A stretch of DNA of 64,000 nucleotides from Macrostomum lignano (lineage: Eukaryota): the NCBI GenBank assembly GCA_002269645.1, contig NIVC01001072.1:248001-312000 (forward strand), read 5' to 3'. Of this stretch, positions 26,817 to 38,315 are shown piece after piece; the first letter of the stretch is position 1, and every line of letters begins with the position of its first letter. Position numbers and translations under genes: made by a program. The notes below the pieces were generated by a model. The model did no database searches and was not told the origin of the DNA. It saw only the letters and a program-made list of their open reading frames with translations.

Positions 26817-27596
26817 TAAAAGAACAATATGGTTAGTAAGACTGCTGTTGGTTGAGCGCGGTCGCGGGTTCTTTATAGCTGGATTTCTTGGAAACGGAAA
26901 CGGACATTTTTCATAGAAATTTAATGAGGTTGTTTCCTGGGTAATGAAAACGGGTATGTTTCTTAGAAAAATGTAATTGGCTGTTTCTTTGAAACGAAAA
27001 CTTAATCTAGTTTATTTCTTAGAAAAGAAAACGAAAACTTTATGAATTCCAATGATGTTTATTGGAAACACAGAGGCGGGGTTTTAAATTCTTAGAATTA
27101 ACGGGTTTGTTTTCTTGGAACTGCAAATGAACTACTTACTTTTAAGAAGTTTATATTTAAAAAAAGATTTTATTTCTAGGAAACAAAACCGGAAACGGTG
27201 ATGCTTTGTTTCTTAGAAACAAAAATGAAGACTGGCTTTTATTTCTAAGAATTATTTAAACGGAGCGGAGTTGTCTTTAGTTAAAACAAAAGCTGAGAAG
27301 CATTATTTCTTTGAAACAAAGCCGGAAATGGAAAACAAAAGAAGATGTAACCTTTGTCTGCGTCAAAGTCCAATGTCCACCGCCATTTCAATTTTTTCCA
27401 ACCATCCATCCATCCATCTGAACCATTTTGCATTGAATTCGGTTTTTAGCAAGACCCCCAGCGAAAACTCTTTCTGTTCTGTTGATGTATTTTAATTTAA
27501 AATTCGTCCCCTCCAGTGCAATCCTGAACTTTTTTCTCTGTCGAGCGATTCCACAGAATGAAATCTCCTTGCATTCACATCTGCGGCCACGCGTTC

Positions 27597-29320
27597 TCAC
27601 TCTGATCTCACTCTGATCTCACTCTGATCTCACTCTGATCTCACTCTGATCTCACTCTGGTCTCACTCTGATCTCACTCTGATCTCACTCTGATCTCACT
27701 CTGATCTCACTCTGTCTCACTCTGATCTCACTCTGATCTCACTCTGATCTCACTCTGATCTCACTCTGATCTCACTCTGGTCTCACTCTGATCTCACTCT
27801 GATCTCACTCTGGTCTCACTCTGATCTCACTCTGATCTCACTCTGATCTCACTCTGATCTCACTCTGATCTCACTCTGATCTCACTCTGATCTCACTCTG
27901 ATCTCACTCTGATCTCACTCTGATCTCACTCTGATCTCACTCTGATCTCACTCTGATCTCACTGTGATCTCACTGTGATCTCACTCTAATCTCACTCTCT
28001 GATCTCACTCTGATCTCACTCTGATCTCACTCTGGTCTCACTCTGATCTCACTCTGATCTCACTCTGATCTCACTCTGATCTCACTCTGATCTCACTCTG
28101 ATCTCACTCTGATCTCACTCTGATCTCACTCTGATCTCACTCTGATCTCACTCTGATCTCACTCTGATCTCACTCTGATCTCACTCTGATCTCACTCTGA
28201 TCTCACTCTGATCTCACTCTGATCTCACTCTGATCTCACTCTGATCTCACTCTGATCTCACTCTGATCTCACTCTGATCTCACTCTGATCTCACTCTGAT
28301 CTCACTCTGATCTCACTCTGATCTCACTCTGATCTCACTCTGATCTCACTCTGATCTCACTCTGATCTCACTCTGATCTCACTCTGATCTCACTGTGATC
28401 TCACTGTGATCTCACTCTAATCTCACTCTCTGATCTCTCTCTGATCTCACTGGATCTCACTCTGATCTTACTCTAATCTCACTCTGTCCTCACTCTCTGA
28501 TCTCACTACGATCTCTCTCTGATCTCTCTCTGATCTCTCTCTGATATCCCTCTCTGATCTCACTCTAATCTCACTCTCTGATCTCTCTCTGATCTCACTC
28601 GATCTCACTCTGATCTTACTCTAATCTCACTCTGTCCTCACTCTCTGATCTCACTACGATCTCTCTCTGATCTCTCTCTGATCTCTCTCTGATATCCCTC
28701 TCTGATCTCACTGTGATCTCACTCTCTGATCTCACTGTGATCTCACTCTCTGATCTCACTGTGATCTCACTCTCTGATCTCACTCTGATCTCACTCTCTG
28801 ATCTCACTGTGATCTCAATCTCTGATCTCAATGTGATCTCACTCTCTGATCTCACTGTGATTTCACTCTCTGATCTCACTGTGATCTCACTCTCTGATCT
28901 CACTGTGATTTCACTCTCTGATCTCACTGTGATCTCACTCTCTGATCCCACTGTGATCTCACTCTCTGATCTCACTGTGATCTCACTATGATCTCACTCT
29001 GATCTCACTCTCTGATCCCACTGTGATCTCACTCTCTGATCCCACTGTGATCTCACTCTCTGATCTCACTGTGATCTCACTCTGATCTCACTCTCTGATC
29101 CCACTGTGATCTCACTCTCTGATCTCACTCTGATCTCACTCTGATCTCACTCTCTGATCTCACTCTGATCTCACTCTGATCTCACTCTCTGATCTCACTC
29201 TGATCTCACTCTGATCTCACTCTGATCTCACTCTGATCTCACTCTGATCTCACTCTGATCTCACTCTGATCTCACTCTGATCTCACTCTGATCTCACTCT
29301 GATCTCACTCTGATCTCACT
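27597..29320 (+). repeat. 11-bp satellite (CTGATCTCACT)n
   Basis: Direct observation; second block at 34770-34962. Confidence 0.97.
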
Positions 29321-29929
29321 CCATCCTCATCGCGGACTATAAACAGCTGAAGTCGCACTCCCCAGGAGCGCAACGTGTTTCCGTATTTTTAGCAGATCTC
29401 ATCCGATTATGAAAACTCATTTCGCCTGTGAAGTTGTATTTCGCCCGTATTTATATTTTCGATTTAAATATAGTCTCATAATATCTCTATATATTTTTTT
29501 CGCGTTCAATACATCATAGGCCCCTGGATTTTCTCGTGTTTTGTTTAACTATTTGTGATTGATTTTTGAAAAAGCAATTTTATTATAACTTTTGTCGGAT
29601 ATATCCTGTTAAGCACTGCTAAAAGCATCTTATTGAACTATTACTGCAATATAAGGGGCCGCCCAGATGCATGCATACACGTCAAACGGTGTGTGTTGGT
29701 GTGTCCAGTTGTTGCTAAATGTGCAATATTTTCCTTCAACATAAAATATATATAAGTTTACTATATGAAGTACTGACTTTAAGAATTTGGTTTGTTCTTA
29801 AACATTGCCATCGATAAATGTGATTGTATAATCAAGGATTGCGTATCGCGTTTGAAAACTCATATCTTTTTTCCTGTTGAGAAGAGAGAGGGTAAAGAGG
29901 GTAGAGTAGGAGAGGGTAGAGGGTATAGT

Positions 29930-32040
29930 AGGGAGGCAAGGGTAGGGAGAGACAGAGGAAAAGGAAGGGAGACAAAGGGAGACGAAAGGAGAGGAAAGGA
30001 GAGGAAGGGAGATGAAGGGAGATGTAGGGAGAGAAAATAGGAGACGAAGGGAGTCGAAGGGAGACGAAGGGAGACGAAGGGAGACGAATGGAGAGGAAGG
30101 GAGAGGAAGAGAGAGGAAGATAGAGGAAGGGAGATGTAGGGAGATGAAGAGAGACGTAGGGACAGAAAATAAGAGATGAATGGAGACGAAGGGAGACGAA
30201 TGGAGAGCAAGGGAGAGGAAGGGAGAGGAAGGGAGAGGAAGGGAGAGGAAGGGAGAGGAAGGGAGAGGAAGGGAGAGGAAGGGAGAGGAAGGGAGAGAAA
30301 GAGAGAGGAAGGGAAGGGAAGGGAGGAAGGGAGAGGAAGGGAGAGGGAGGGAGAGGAAGGGAAGGGAAGGGAGGAAGGGAGAGGAAGGGAGGGGAAGGGA
30401 GAGGAATGGAGATGTAGGGAGAGAAAATGGGAGACGAAGGGAGACGAAGGGAGACGAATGGAGAGCAAGGGAGAGGAAGGGAGAGGAAGGGAGAGGAAGG
30501 GAGAGGAAGGGAGAGGAAGGGAGAGGAAGGGAGAGGAAGGGAGAGGAAGGGAGAGGAAGAGAGAGGAAGGGAAGGGAAGGGAGGAAGGGAGAGGAAGGAA
30601 GAGGGAGGGAGAGGAAGGGAAGGGAAGGGAGGAAGGGAGAGGAAGGGAGAGGAAGAGAGAGGAAGGGAGATGTAGGGAGAGAAAATGGGAGACGAAGGGA
30701 GACGAAGGGAGACGAATGGAGAGCAAGGGAGAGGAAGGGAGAGGAAGGGAGAGGAAGGGAGAGGAAGGGAGAGGAAGGGAGAGGAAGAGAGAGGAAGGGA
30801 GATGTAGGGAGAGAAAATGGGAGACGAAGGGAGACGAAGGGAGACGAATGGAGAGGAAGGGAGAGGAAGGGAGAGGAAGGGAGAGGAAGGGAGAGGAAGG
30901 GAGGGGAAGGGAGAGGAAGGGAGAGGAAGGGAGAGGAAGGGAGGGGAAGGGAGAGGAAGGGAGAGGAAGGGAGAGGAAGGGAGAGGAAGGGAGATGTAGG
31001 GAGAGGAAGGGAGAGGAAGGGAGGGGAGGGAGAGGAAGGGAAGGGAAGGGAAAGGAAGGGAGAGGAAGGGAGAGGGAGGGAGAGGAAGGGAAGGGAAGGG
31101 AGGAAGGGAGAGGAAGGGAGGGGAGGGAGAGGAAGGGAGAGGAAGGGAGAGGAAGAGAGAGGAAGAGAGAGGAAGGGAGAGGAAGGGAGAGGAAGGGAGA
31201 GGAAGGGAGAGGAAGAGAGAGGAAGAGAGAGGAAGGGAGAGGAAGGGAGAGGAAGGGAGAGGAAGGGAGAGGAAGGGAGAGGAAGGGAGAGGAAGGGAGA
31301 GGAAGGGAGAGAAAGAGAGAGGAAGGGAAGGGAAGGGAGGAAGAGAGAGGAAGGGAGAGGGAGGGAGAGGAAGGGAAGGGAAGGGAGGAAGGGAGAGGAA
31401 GGGAGGGGAAGGGAGAGGAAGGGAGATGTAGGGAGAGAAAATGGGAGACGAAGGGAGACGAAGGGAGACGAATGGAGAGCAAGGGAGAGGAAGGGAGAGG
31501 AAGGGAGAGGAAGGGAGAGGAAGGGAGAGGAAGGGAGAGGAAGGGAGAGGAAGGGAGAGGAAGGGAGAGGAAGGGAGAGGAAGGGAGAGGAAGGGAGAGG
31601 AAGGGAGAGGAAGAGAGAGGAAGAGAGAGGAAGGGAGAGGAAGGGAGAGGAAGGGAGAGGAAGGGAGAGGAAGGGAGAGGAAGGGAGAGGAAGGGAGAGG
31701 AAGGGAGAGGAAGGGAGAGGAAGGGAGAGGAAGAGAGAGGAAGGGAGAGGAAGAGAGAGGAAGGGAGATGTAGGGAGAGAAAATGGGAGACGAAGGGAGA
31801 CGAAGGGAGACGAATGGAGACGAAGGGAGATGTAGGGAGATGTAGGGAGAGGAAGGGAGAGGAAGGGAGGTGAGGGAGAGGAAGGGAAGGGAAGGGAGGA
31901 AGGGAGAGGAAGGGAAGGGAGGGAGAGGAAGGGAGAGGAAGGGAGAGGAAGGGAGAGGAAGGGAGGGGAAGGGAGAGGAAGGGAGAGGAAGGGAGAGGAA
32001 GGGAGGGGAAGGGAGAGGAAGGGAGGGGAGGGAGAGGAGG
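29930..32040 (+). repeat. Polypurine satellite (GGAGAGGAAG)n
   Basis: Direct observation; source of several spurious long ORFs. Confidence 0.97.
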
Positions 32041-33044
32041 CACCAGAGACGGGACACCGGAGCCAGTGAGTCTCAGACCGAGCCCGATAACTTCAGTCTG
32101 CCACAGGACATAAATCATAACGCAGTTTCAGGTCTCCAATCAATTCTAAAAAAACGGAGATATCTATATAGTAATTGTTTTCGAGTGACTGCTCTACTCC
32201 CATCTCCAACCCCCACTGGATCATCAAGTGCGCTCCCTAACTCAACCGATCGTCGATAACTTTGATTCCGCATAGCAACCGCCCAGCTTCTGAGACGCTT
32301 CTGAGCTTAAAATAGCATCCAGCCAACGGCCGGTGATAATTTGCTTATAGAGGCTGCATGCGAGTCGCCGGTCGCAGTTGCTAAGCAGGCGAGAAAAGCT
32401 TGCTTGTGGGAGTGGGGAGGGGAGACAAGAAGAGGAGAAGGTGCCGATAATTTTGCGTGGGCGGTTCGGCTGGAGAAGGGGATCAGAAGTGAAGACAAGT
32501 CAAGTGGGGATCTATCTATCCATTGCTCTTGTGGAATTAATTAGATGCGCACCCCAAGTGAAGTCGGGGGCAAATTCAATAATAAAACTGAGTATGCTGC
32601 ATGCCTCTCTTTTTTTGCTCGAATGGCTCCACAATCGAAGACAAGGAGGAATCTAAATATAGAGCCTCACTTCTCTGTACCTATGAGCCGAATCGAATGC
32701 ATCGAAGCATCTCTCCCATCCCTAGGCAGCCTGTGTCAGCGATCGGCTAAAAAAATGCTAAAAATAAAAAATCAAAGAGATCGTTTTTCGTTAGCGACTT
32801 TTCAGCTTTAGTTTTTTTCTCAAGTCATCGATTTGCGAAAGTCGCGATAACGGCGGGACAGGAAAGGGGGGCAGGCAGCTGATGGGGAACTAGGGAGACT
32901 GGGCTGGCGCGAGGGTCAGTTCCACTTCGGAGATTTATTGATTTTATCAGAATCGGACTGAGTCTGAGCGAGAAGAGACTTAAATAGCAGGGAGAGTGAC
33001 AGCCGGAGTGACACAAATTGACGCGCAGTGTGACATCCAGACTG

Positions 33045-34402
33045 TTATACAGAGTGACGCATAAAGTGACGCATAGATCGAGTGACGCATAGATCGAGTG
33101 ACGCATAGATCGAGTGACGCATAGAGTGACGCATAGAGTGACGCATAGATCGAGTGACGCATAGAGTGACGCATAGATCGAGTGACGCATAGAGTGACGC
33201 ATAGAGTGACGCATAGATCGAGTGACGCATAGATCGAGTGACGCATAGATCGAGTGACGCATAGATCGAGTGACGCATAGAGTGACGCATAGAGTGACGC
33301 ATAGATCGAGTGACGCATAGAGTGACGCATAGAGTGACGCATAGAGTGACGCATACAGTGACGCATAGAGTGACGCATAGAGTGACGCATGGAGTGACGC
33401 ATGGAGTAATGTATAGAATGACGCATAGAATGACGCATGGAGTGACGCATAGAGTGACGCGTAGAGTGACGCATGGAGTGACGCATAGAGTGACGCATAG
33501 AATGACGCATAGAGTGACGCATAGAATGACGCATAGAGTGACGCATAGAGTGACACATAGAGTGACGCATAGAGTGACGCATAGAGTGACGAATAGAGTG
33601 ACGCATAGAGTGACGCATAGAGTGACGCATGGAGTGACGCGTAGAGTGACGCATGGAGTGACGCATAGAGTGACGCATAGAATGACGCATAGAGTGACGC
33701 ATAGAATGACGCATAGAGTGACGCATAGAGTGACACATAAAGTGACGCATAAAGTGACGCATAGAGTGACGCATAGATCGAGTGACGCATAGAGTGACGC
33801 ATAGAGTGACGCATAGAGTGACGCATAGAGTGACGCATACAGTGACGCATAGAGTGACGCATAGAGTGACGCATGGAGTGACGCATGGAGTAATGTATAG
33901 AATGACGCATAGAATGACGCATGGAGTGACGCATAGAGTGACGCGTAGAGTGACGCATGGAGTGACGCATAGAGTGACGCATAGAATGACGCATGGAGTG
34001 ACGCATAGAATGACGCATAGAGTGACGCATGGAGTGACGCATAGAGTGACGCATAGAATGACGCATAGAGTGACGCATAGAATGACGCATAGAGTGACGC
34101 ATAGAGTGACACATAGAGTGACGCATAGAGTGACGCATAGAGTGACGAATAGAGTGACGCATAGAGTGACGCATAGAGTGACGCATGGAGTGACGCGTAG
34201 AGTGACGCATGGAGTGACGCATAGAGTGACGCATAGAGTGACGCATAGAGTGACGCATAGAATGACGCATAGAGTGACGCATAGAATGACGCATAGAGTG
34301 ACGCATAGAGTGACACATAGAGTGACGCATAGAGTGACGCATAGAGTGACGAATAGAGTGACGCATAGAGTGACGCATAGAGTGACGCATGGAGTGACGC
34401 AC
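33045..34402 (+). repeat. 12-bp satellite (AGAGTGACGCAT)n with a 16-bp variant
   Basis: Direct observation; contains an internal block duplication. Confidence 0.97.
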
Positions 34403-34769
34403 CAAAAGGAGACAAAGTGACACAGAGTGACACATCCAGAGTGAGGCACAAAGCGAATTACATTCTACATTTACAAAAAGATAAAACAGATTTGAGAAAG
34501 TTAAAAAAAAGTATCAGAACCGTAGTAGATCGAGTTTCACTACTTCGAACCGTGAGAATGGAACTCTTGGCATTCTAAAATCCAGCTACGTGCGAAATTT
34601 CCAATTAGCAAAATTGTTTCCCACAGCCAACTATGCAGCAACCACTCAATTTCGAAAAAAGTAACAAATTTGATTTTAAATCGGGAGGAGCTTGTCTGTC
34701 TGCGGTTGTAACCGTTTTGATCACTGGTGCAGGTGCACCAAAGCTGACTTCGAATCTTTGAAAATCGCT

Positions 34770-34962
34770 CTGATCTCACTTTGATCTCACGCTGATCTCA
34801 CTCTCTGATCTCACTTTGATCTCACTCTGATCTCACTCTCTGATCTCACTTTGATCTCACTCTGATCTCACTCTCTGATCTCACTTTGATCTCACTCTGA
34901 TCTCACTCTCCGATTTCACTCTAATCTCACTCTGATGTCACTCTGATCTCACTCTGATCTCA
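34770..34962 (+). repeat. 11-bp satellite (CTGATCTCACT)n, second block
   Basis: Direct observation. Confidence 0.9.
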
Positions 34963-34977
34963 CCCTGGACTCACTTG

Positions 34978-35218
34978 TCAGCACCAAGGGGCGCCAGCAC
35001 CAAGGGGCGCCAGCACCAAGGGGCGCCAGCACCAAGGGGCGCCAGCACCAAGGGGCGCCAGCACCAAGGGGCGCCAGCACCAAGGGGCGCCAGCACCAAG
35101 GGGCGCCAGCACCAAGGGGCGCCAGCACCAAGGGGCGCCAGCACCAAGGGGCGCCAGCACCAAGGGGTGCCAGCACCAAGGGGCGCCAGCACCAAGGGGC
35201 GCCAGCACCAAGGGGCGC
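34978..35218 (+). repeat. 16-bp minisatellite (CAGCACCAAGGGGCGC)n, about 15 copies
   Basis: Direct observation. Confidence 0.95.
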
Positions 35219-35939
35219 AACTTGATATATTGATCGCATCTTTGTTACTCTTAAAATTCCTTTATAACGCTGAATATGGGACAGACATTACAAGATTACA
35301 CTGTATATAGAATACGTATTACACCCACGCCGCCCACTTTGACCATTGAGCTTCAGAAAGGAAGCTTTATAAAAGTTATCGTGAATTTTAAAAAACGAAT
35401 TTCGAATTGAGAGACTGTTGAAGCCAAATTAATGTCACGATCGATACGGATGATTCGAATTACGTGACGATTCGACATTTATTTCCTTCTTAGATCACGC
35501 CTCGCTGCTCAAAGCCCGTCGATCCTTGAAAGAAATTTAAGTGGGAGAAGCACTAATATAGGTCAGAGGCGTGGGCGGTCTGTCATATCCATTATAGCAA
35601 ATTTATATTATTTTGTAATACTAATAAAGCTTTGGGCCATTTTTAAGTCCTTACATGTATTGTACATCTCTCGTACAGCAAACCCGACGTGGCTGAGAAA
35701 TATGTACTTTTACATTACACCGACGTTCAGTCGATGTACATGTACATGTATGACGTCGTTATGTAATGTGTAAAAGTAAATTTTTATCAGAGACGTCGAT
35801 AGAAGTCGGGAAACGTCGGCCGACATCGAGTTTATTTTACATGCATGCGCGCTGTGACTCATAGCTGTTTCATCCGTTCATTGATAAATTATACATATTT
35901 CATGTATTGTACATACAGCCAGTGTACAACGAATGAACG

Positions 35940-37910
35940 CCACGCCGCCGGCCGAATCCGGGGCGCCGGCGTCAGTCAGCAGGCAGTCGACGAAACGCCG
36001 AGTGCGGGCCTGCCCCCCGCCGGTAGGGTGCCTGCAGCGTCAGCAGCAGCACCTCCTGAATCGGCTCTTGGGCAGTACAACTCGGCGCGGATGATGTGGC
36101 CTGCCAGCTGGAGTCGTTCGTCACTTCGTCGTTGGTCACTCGCTCGTAGCCGATCTTGAAGGCGGCGCGCAGCAGGCCAGCGAGCGCCGCGTCAACTTGT
36201 TGCTCGAGCGACTCTGTCGGCGTCCAGGTCTCGGCGTTGTACAGCAGGACGGTCTCGATCACGGCCTGGAACAACGCCAGACAGGGCCTCGGACTGCAGG
36301 ACTGCCCTCACAGAACGAAAGGCAGCCAAGGCAAGCCTGCGGCGACGCCGCAAATCCTCGCGGACGCCGGGAACCGGACCGCCGAGGTAGACGGACTGCT
36401 GACAACGAGGAAGCTCTGTCGCCTGTCCATCAGCGCCTCGGCACAAAATCGCTGCCTCGATGTCGTCCGGCACGCAGCTAGAGCACGACGGTCTTCTGCA
36501 TGTTGACACCAGGCCGACACTCGCCGCAACAGCAACTAGCTTGTCCAGTTTTCGCTGGGTGCCCTCGACAGTTGAAGACAGCTGGGCGAGACCGTCGGCG
36601 TAGCCAAGCACGCTGGGTGAGCCGCCTCTCCGGCATCGACCCACGCATCGCCGCAACAGAAGCCGTCGTCTGGGTAGGAAGAGCGGACCGCAGCACCCAT
36701 GCAGTCAAGCACCAGAACGAACAGGAACGGCGCAAGCGTATCTCCCTGAAGCACCCCGGAGGATGTCTCAAAGGAAATCCGATAGGCCGTCCGGTGTTGA
36801 AACAATAGCTTTTGTATCACGGTACATGTACATCGCCATGATGGCGGAAATCAGATGCTCTGGCACGTTGTACGCACGGAGCACCTTTAGGAGCACAGAC
36901 CTGACGGCGACCGAGTCGAATGCCTAGTGATCTTGAAGTCTATGAAGATGACCATGCAGGATCGACTGGCGTATCGATCTGCGCCTCCTCGATGACTCGG
37001 TGATCAGAGCCAGGATCTGCGTCACTGTTGCCGCGATGTGGCCGGAACCCATTTTGCTCAGGACACAGGTAGGGATCCAGCACGGGCTGCAACCGCGATA
37101 GCATGCATCCGTTTAAACAGCTTCGCAGCTCAGGACTGAAGGCAGATACCTCGATGCTCCTCAAGCCTTGTGGTGCCCGGCGTCTTTAGGATTTGCGACG
37201 ATGCAGTGCGCCGTGGTCCATCTCGTTGGGTGCATGCCTCGACCTCCGAAGAGCACCGTGATTCATCACTCTGGGCGACCTCGCTAGCCACACATGCAGT
37301 GGATGCGGAGCGCCGATCGAATGGGCCTGTTGGGCGAGTCTCACAACCTCGGCTGCATGCTGATTGTGCTAGTAGGCTGAAACTCTCCTCTGCCGGCAAC
37401 GGCAGATCAGTCGGCAGCGTCATCTGTCTGGCAGCGGGGTTGGCGGCGCGTTAGCAATGGCATCGAAGAACTCACGCAGCTCATTCCTGCGCTCGACCGC
37501 AGAGTCGCCCTCCAGGTTTTTTAGTGGAATGCTCCGCTTTCGCCCCGTCATAGCGTTGATATACATGTAGCCGACCAGGCCAGGCGGCCTTTTGGCATCG
37601 CGGGCCCAACTTAACGGCGGAGACGGCCCGAATGGCGCGTCATCAACAGCAGCCTGCTGGCGCTGCAGATAGACACCCATCAAGGCCTTCTCTGCCTCGC
37701 GGGTTGGTCGCCTGCTCAAACGAAGTCTCGCTTGCCGAATCGTGGGGTCATCTTGCCCTACCGGCTGCTTTCTGTGGCGGCTCGAACTGCAGCACACACC
37801 TCCGCGTACTCGGCACCTCCACATTTGCCGCCGAGCGCAGTGATGAAAGCGCTGGCAAAACGGCTGTGCGTGTCGGCGTCCCTGATCGCGCGTGTTAGCG
37901 CCCGCGCGGT
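35940..37910 (-). mobile_element. Decayed non-LTR retrotransposon (RTE-like reverse transcriptase pseudogene)
   Basis: RT motifs spread over several frames: EQNGFRPHRG, GVLQGDTLAPFLFVLVLD, LGYADGL (degenerate YADD), YLG, VLLYNAETWT; many frameshifts; no endonuclease seen. Confidence 0.88.
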
Positions 37911-38249
37911 TGCCGTATAAATTAATGCATATGCAGACCACAGCCCCTATGACAAGAAAAAAGTCAAACCTTAAAATTTCATCAAGTGAATACATATTCT
38001 GATGTTCTCTGGGCAGTTTAAGCTTACTTTAATGTTTTACAGAACATAGCGCATTTTCTGTAATTTGTCCATTCGTGTATTAAATCGTTATTTACGAATG
38101 TTTTCATCGTCATCATAAACTACTTCATGCTGAATTTTGAATTTTTTAAGTTAAAAACAGTTGAACGATTTTTTCATCCAATCACTACTATTGCCTATAA
38201 ATTTATAATTTGGCTATAGGTGTCAAGTTCTTTTCTTCTACTTTCACCA

Positions 38250-38315
38250 ATGCAAATGACGTCGAATTCTACCGTTAAAAAATATCTGAAAGCCGCTGAG
38301 GATGCTGCTGATGAG
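38250..38315 (+). CDS. SURF4: SURF4 exon 1 (22 codons; not in the ORF track)
   Basis: ATG at 38250, ends GAT GAG|gtagtg; AEDAADE motif. Confidence 0.78.

Noticed and set aside
29832-32118. Very long ORFs (741, 752, 565, 551 aa)
   Set aside because: Translations of the (GGAGAGGAAG)n satellite, which lacks stops in several frames; no coding evidence.
32825-34451. Long MRHS/VTLC/ASLY repeat ORFs
   Set aside because: Artefacts of the 12-bp satellite, open in multiple frames on both strands.
37420-37995. 191-aa minus-strand ORF as an independent gene
   Set aside because: Mostly the degenerate 5' part of the LINE ORF fused by chance to upstream unique sequence.
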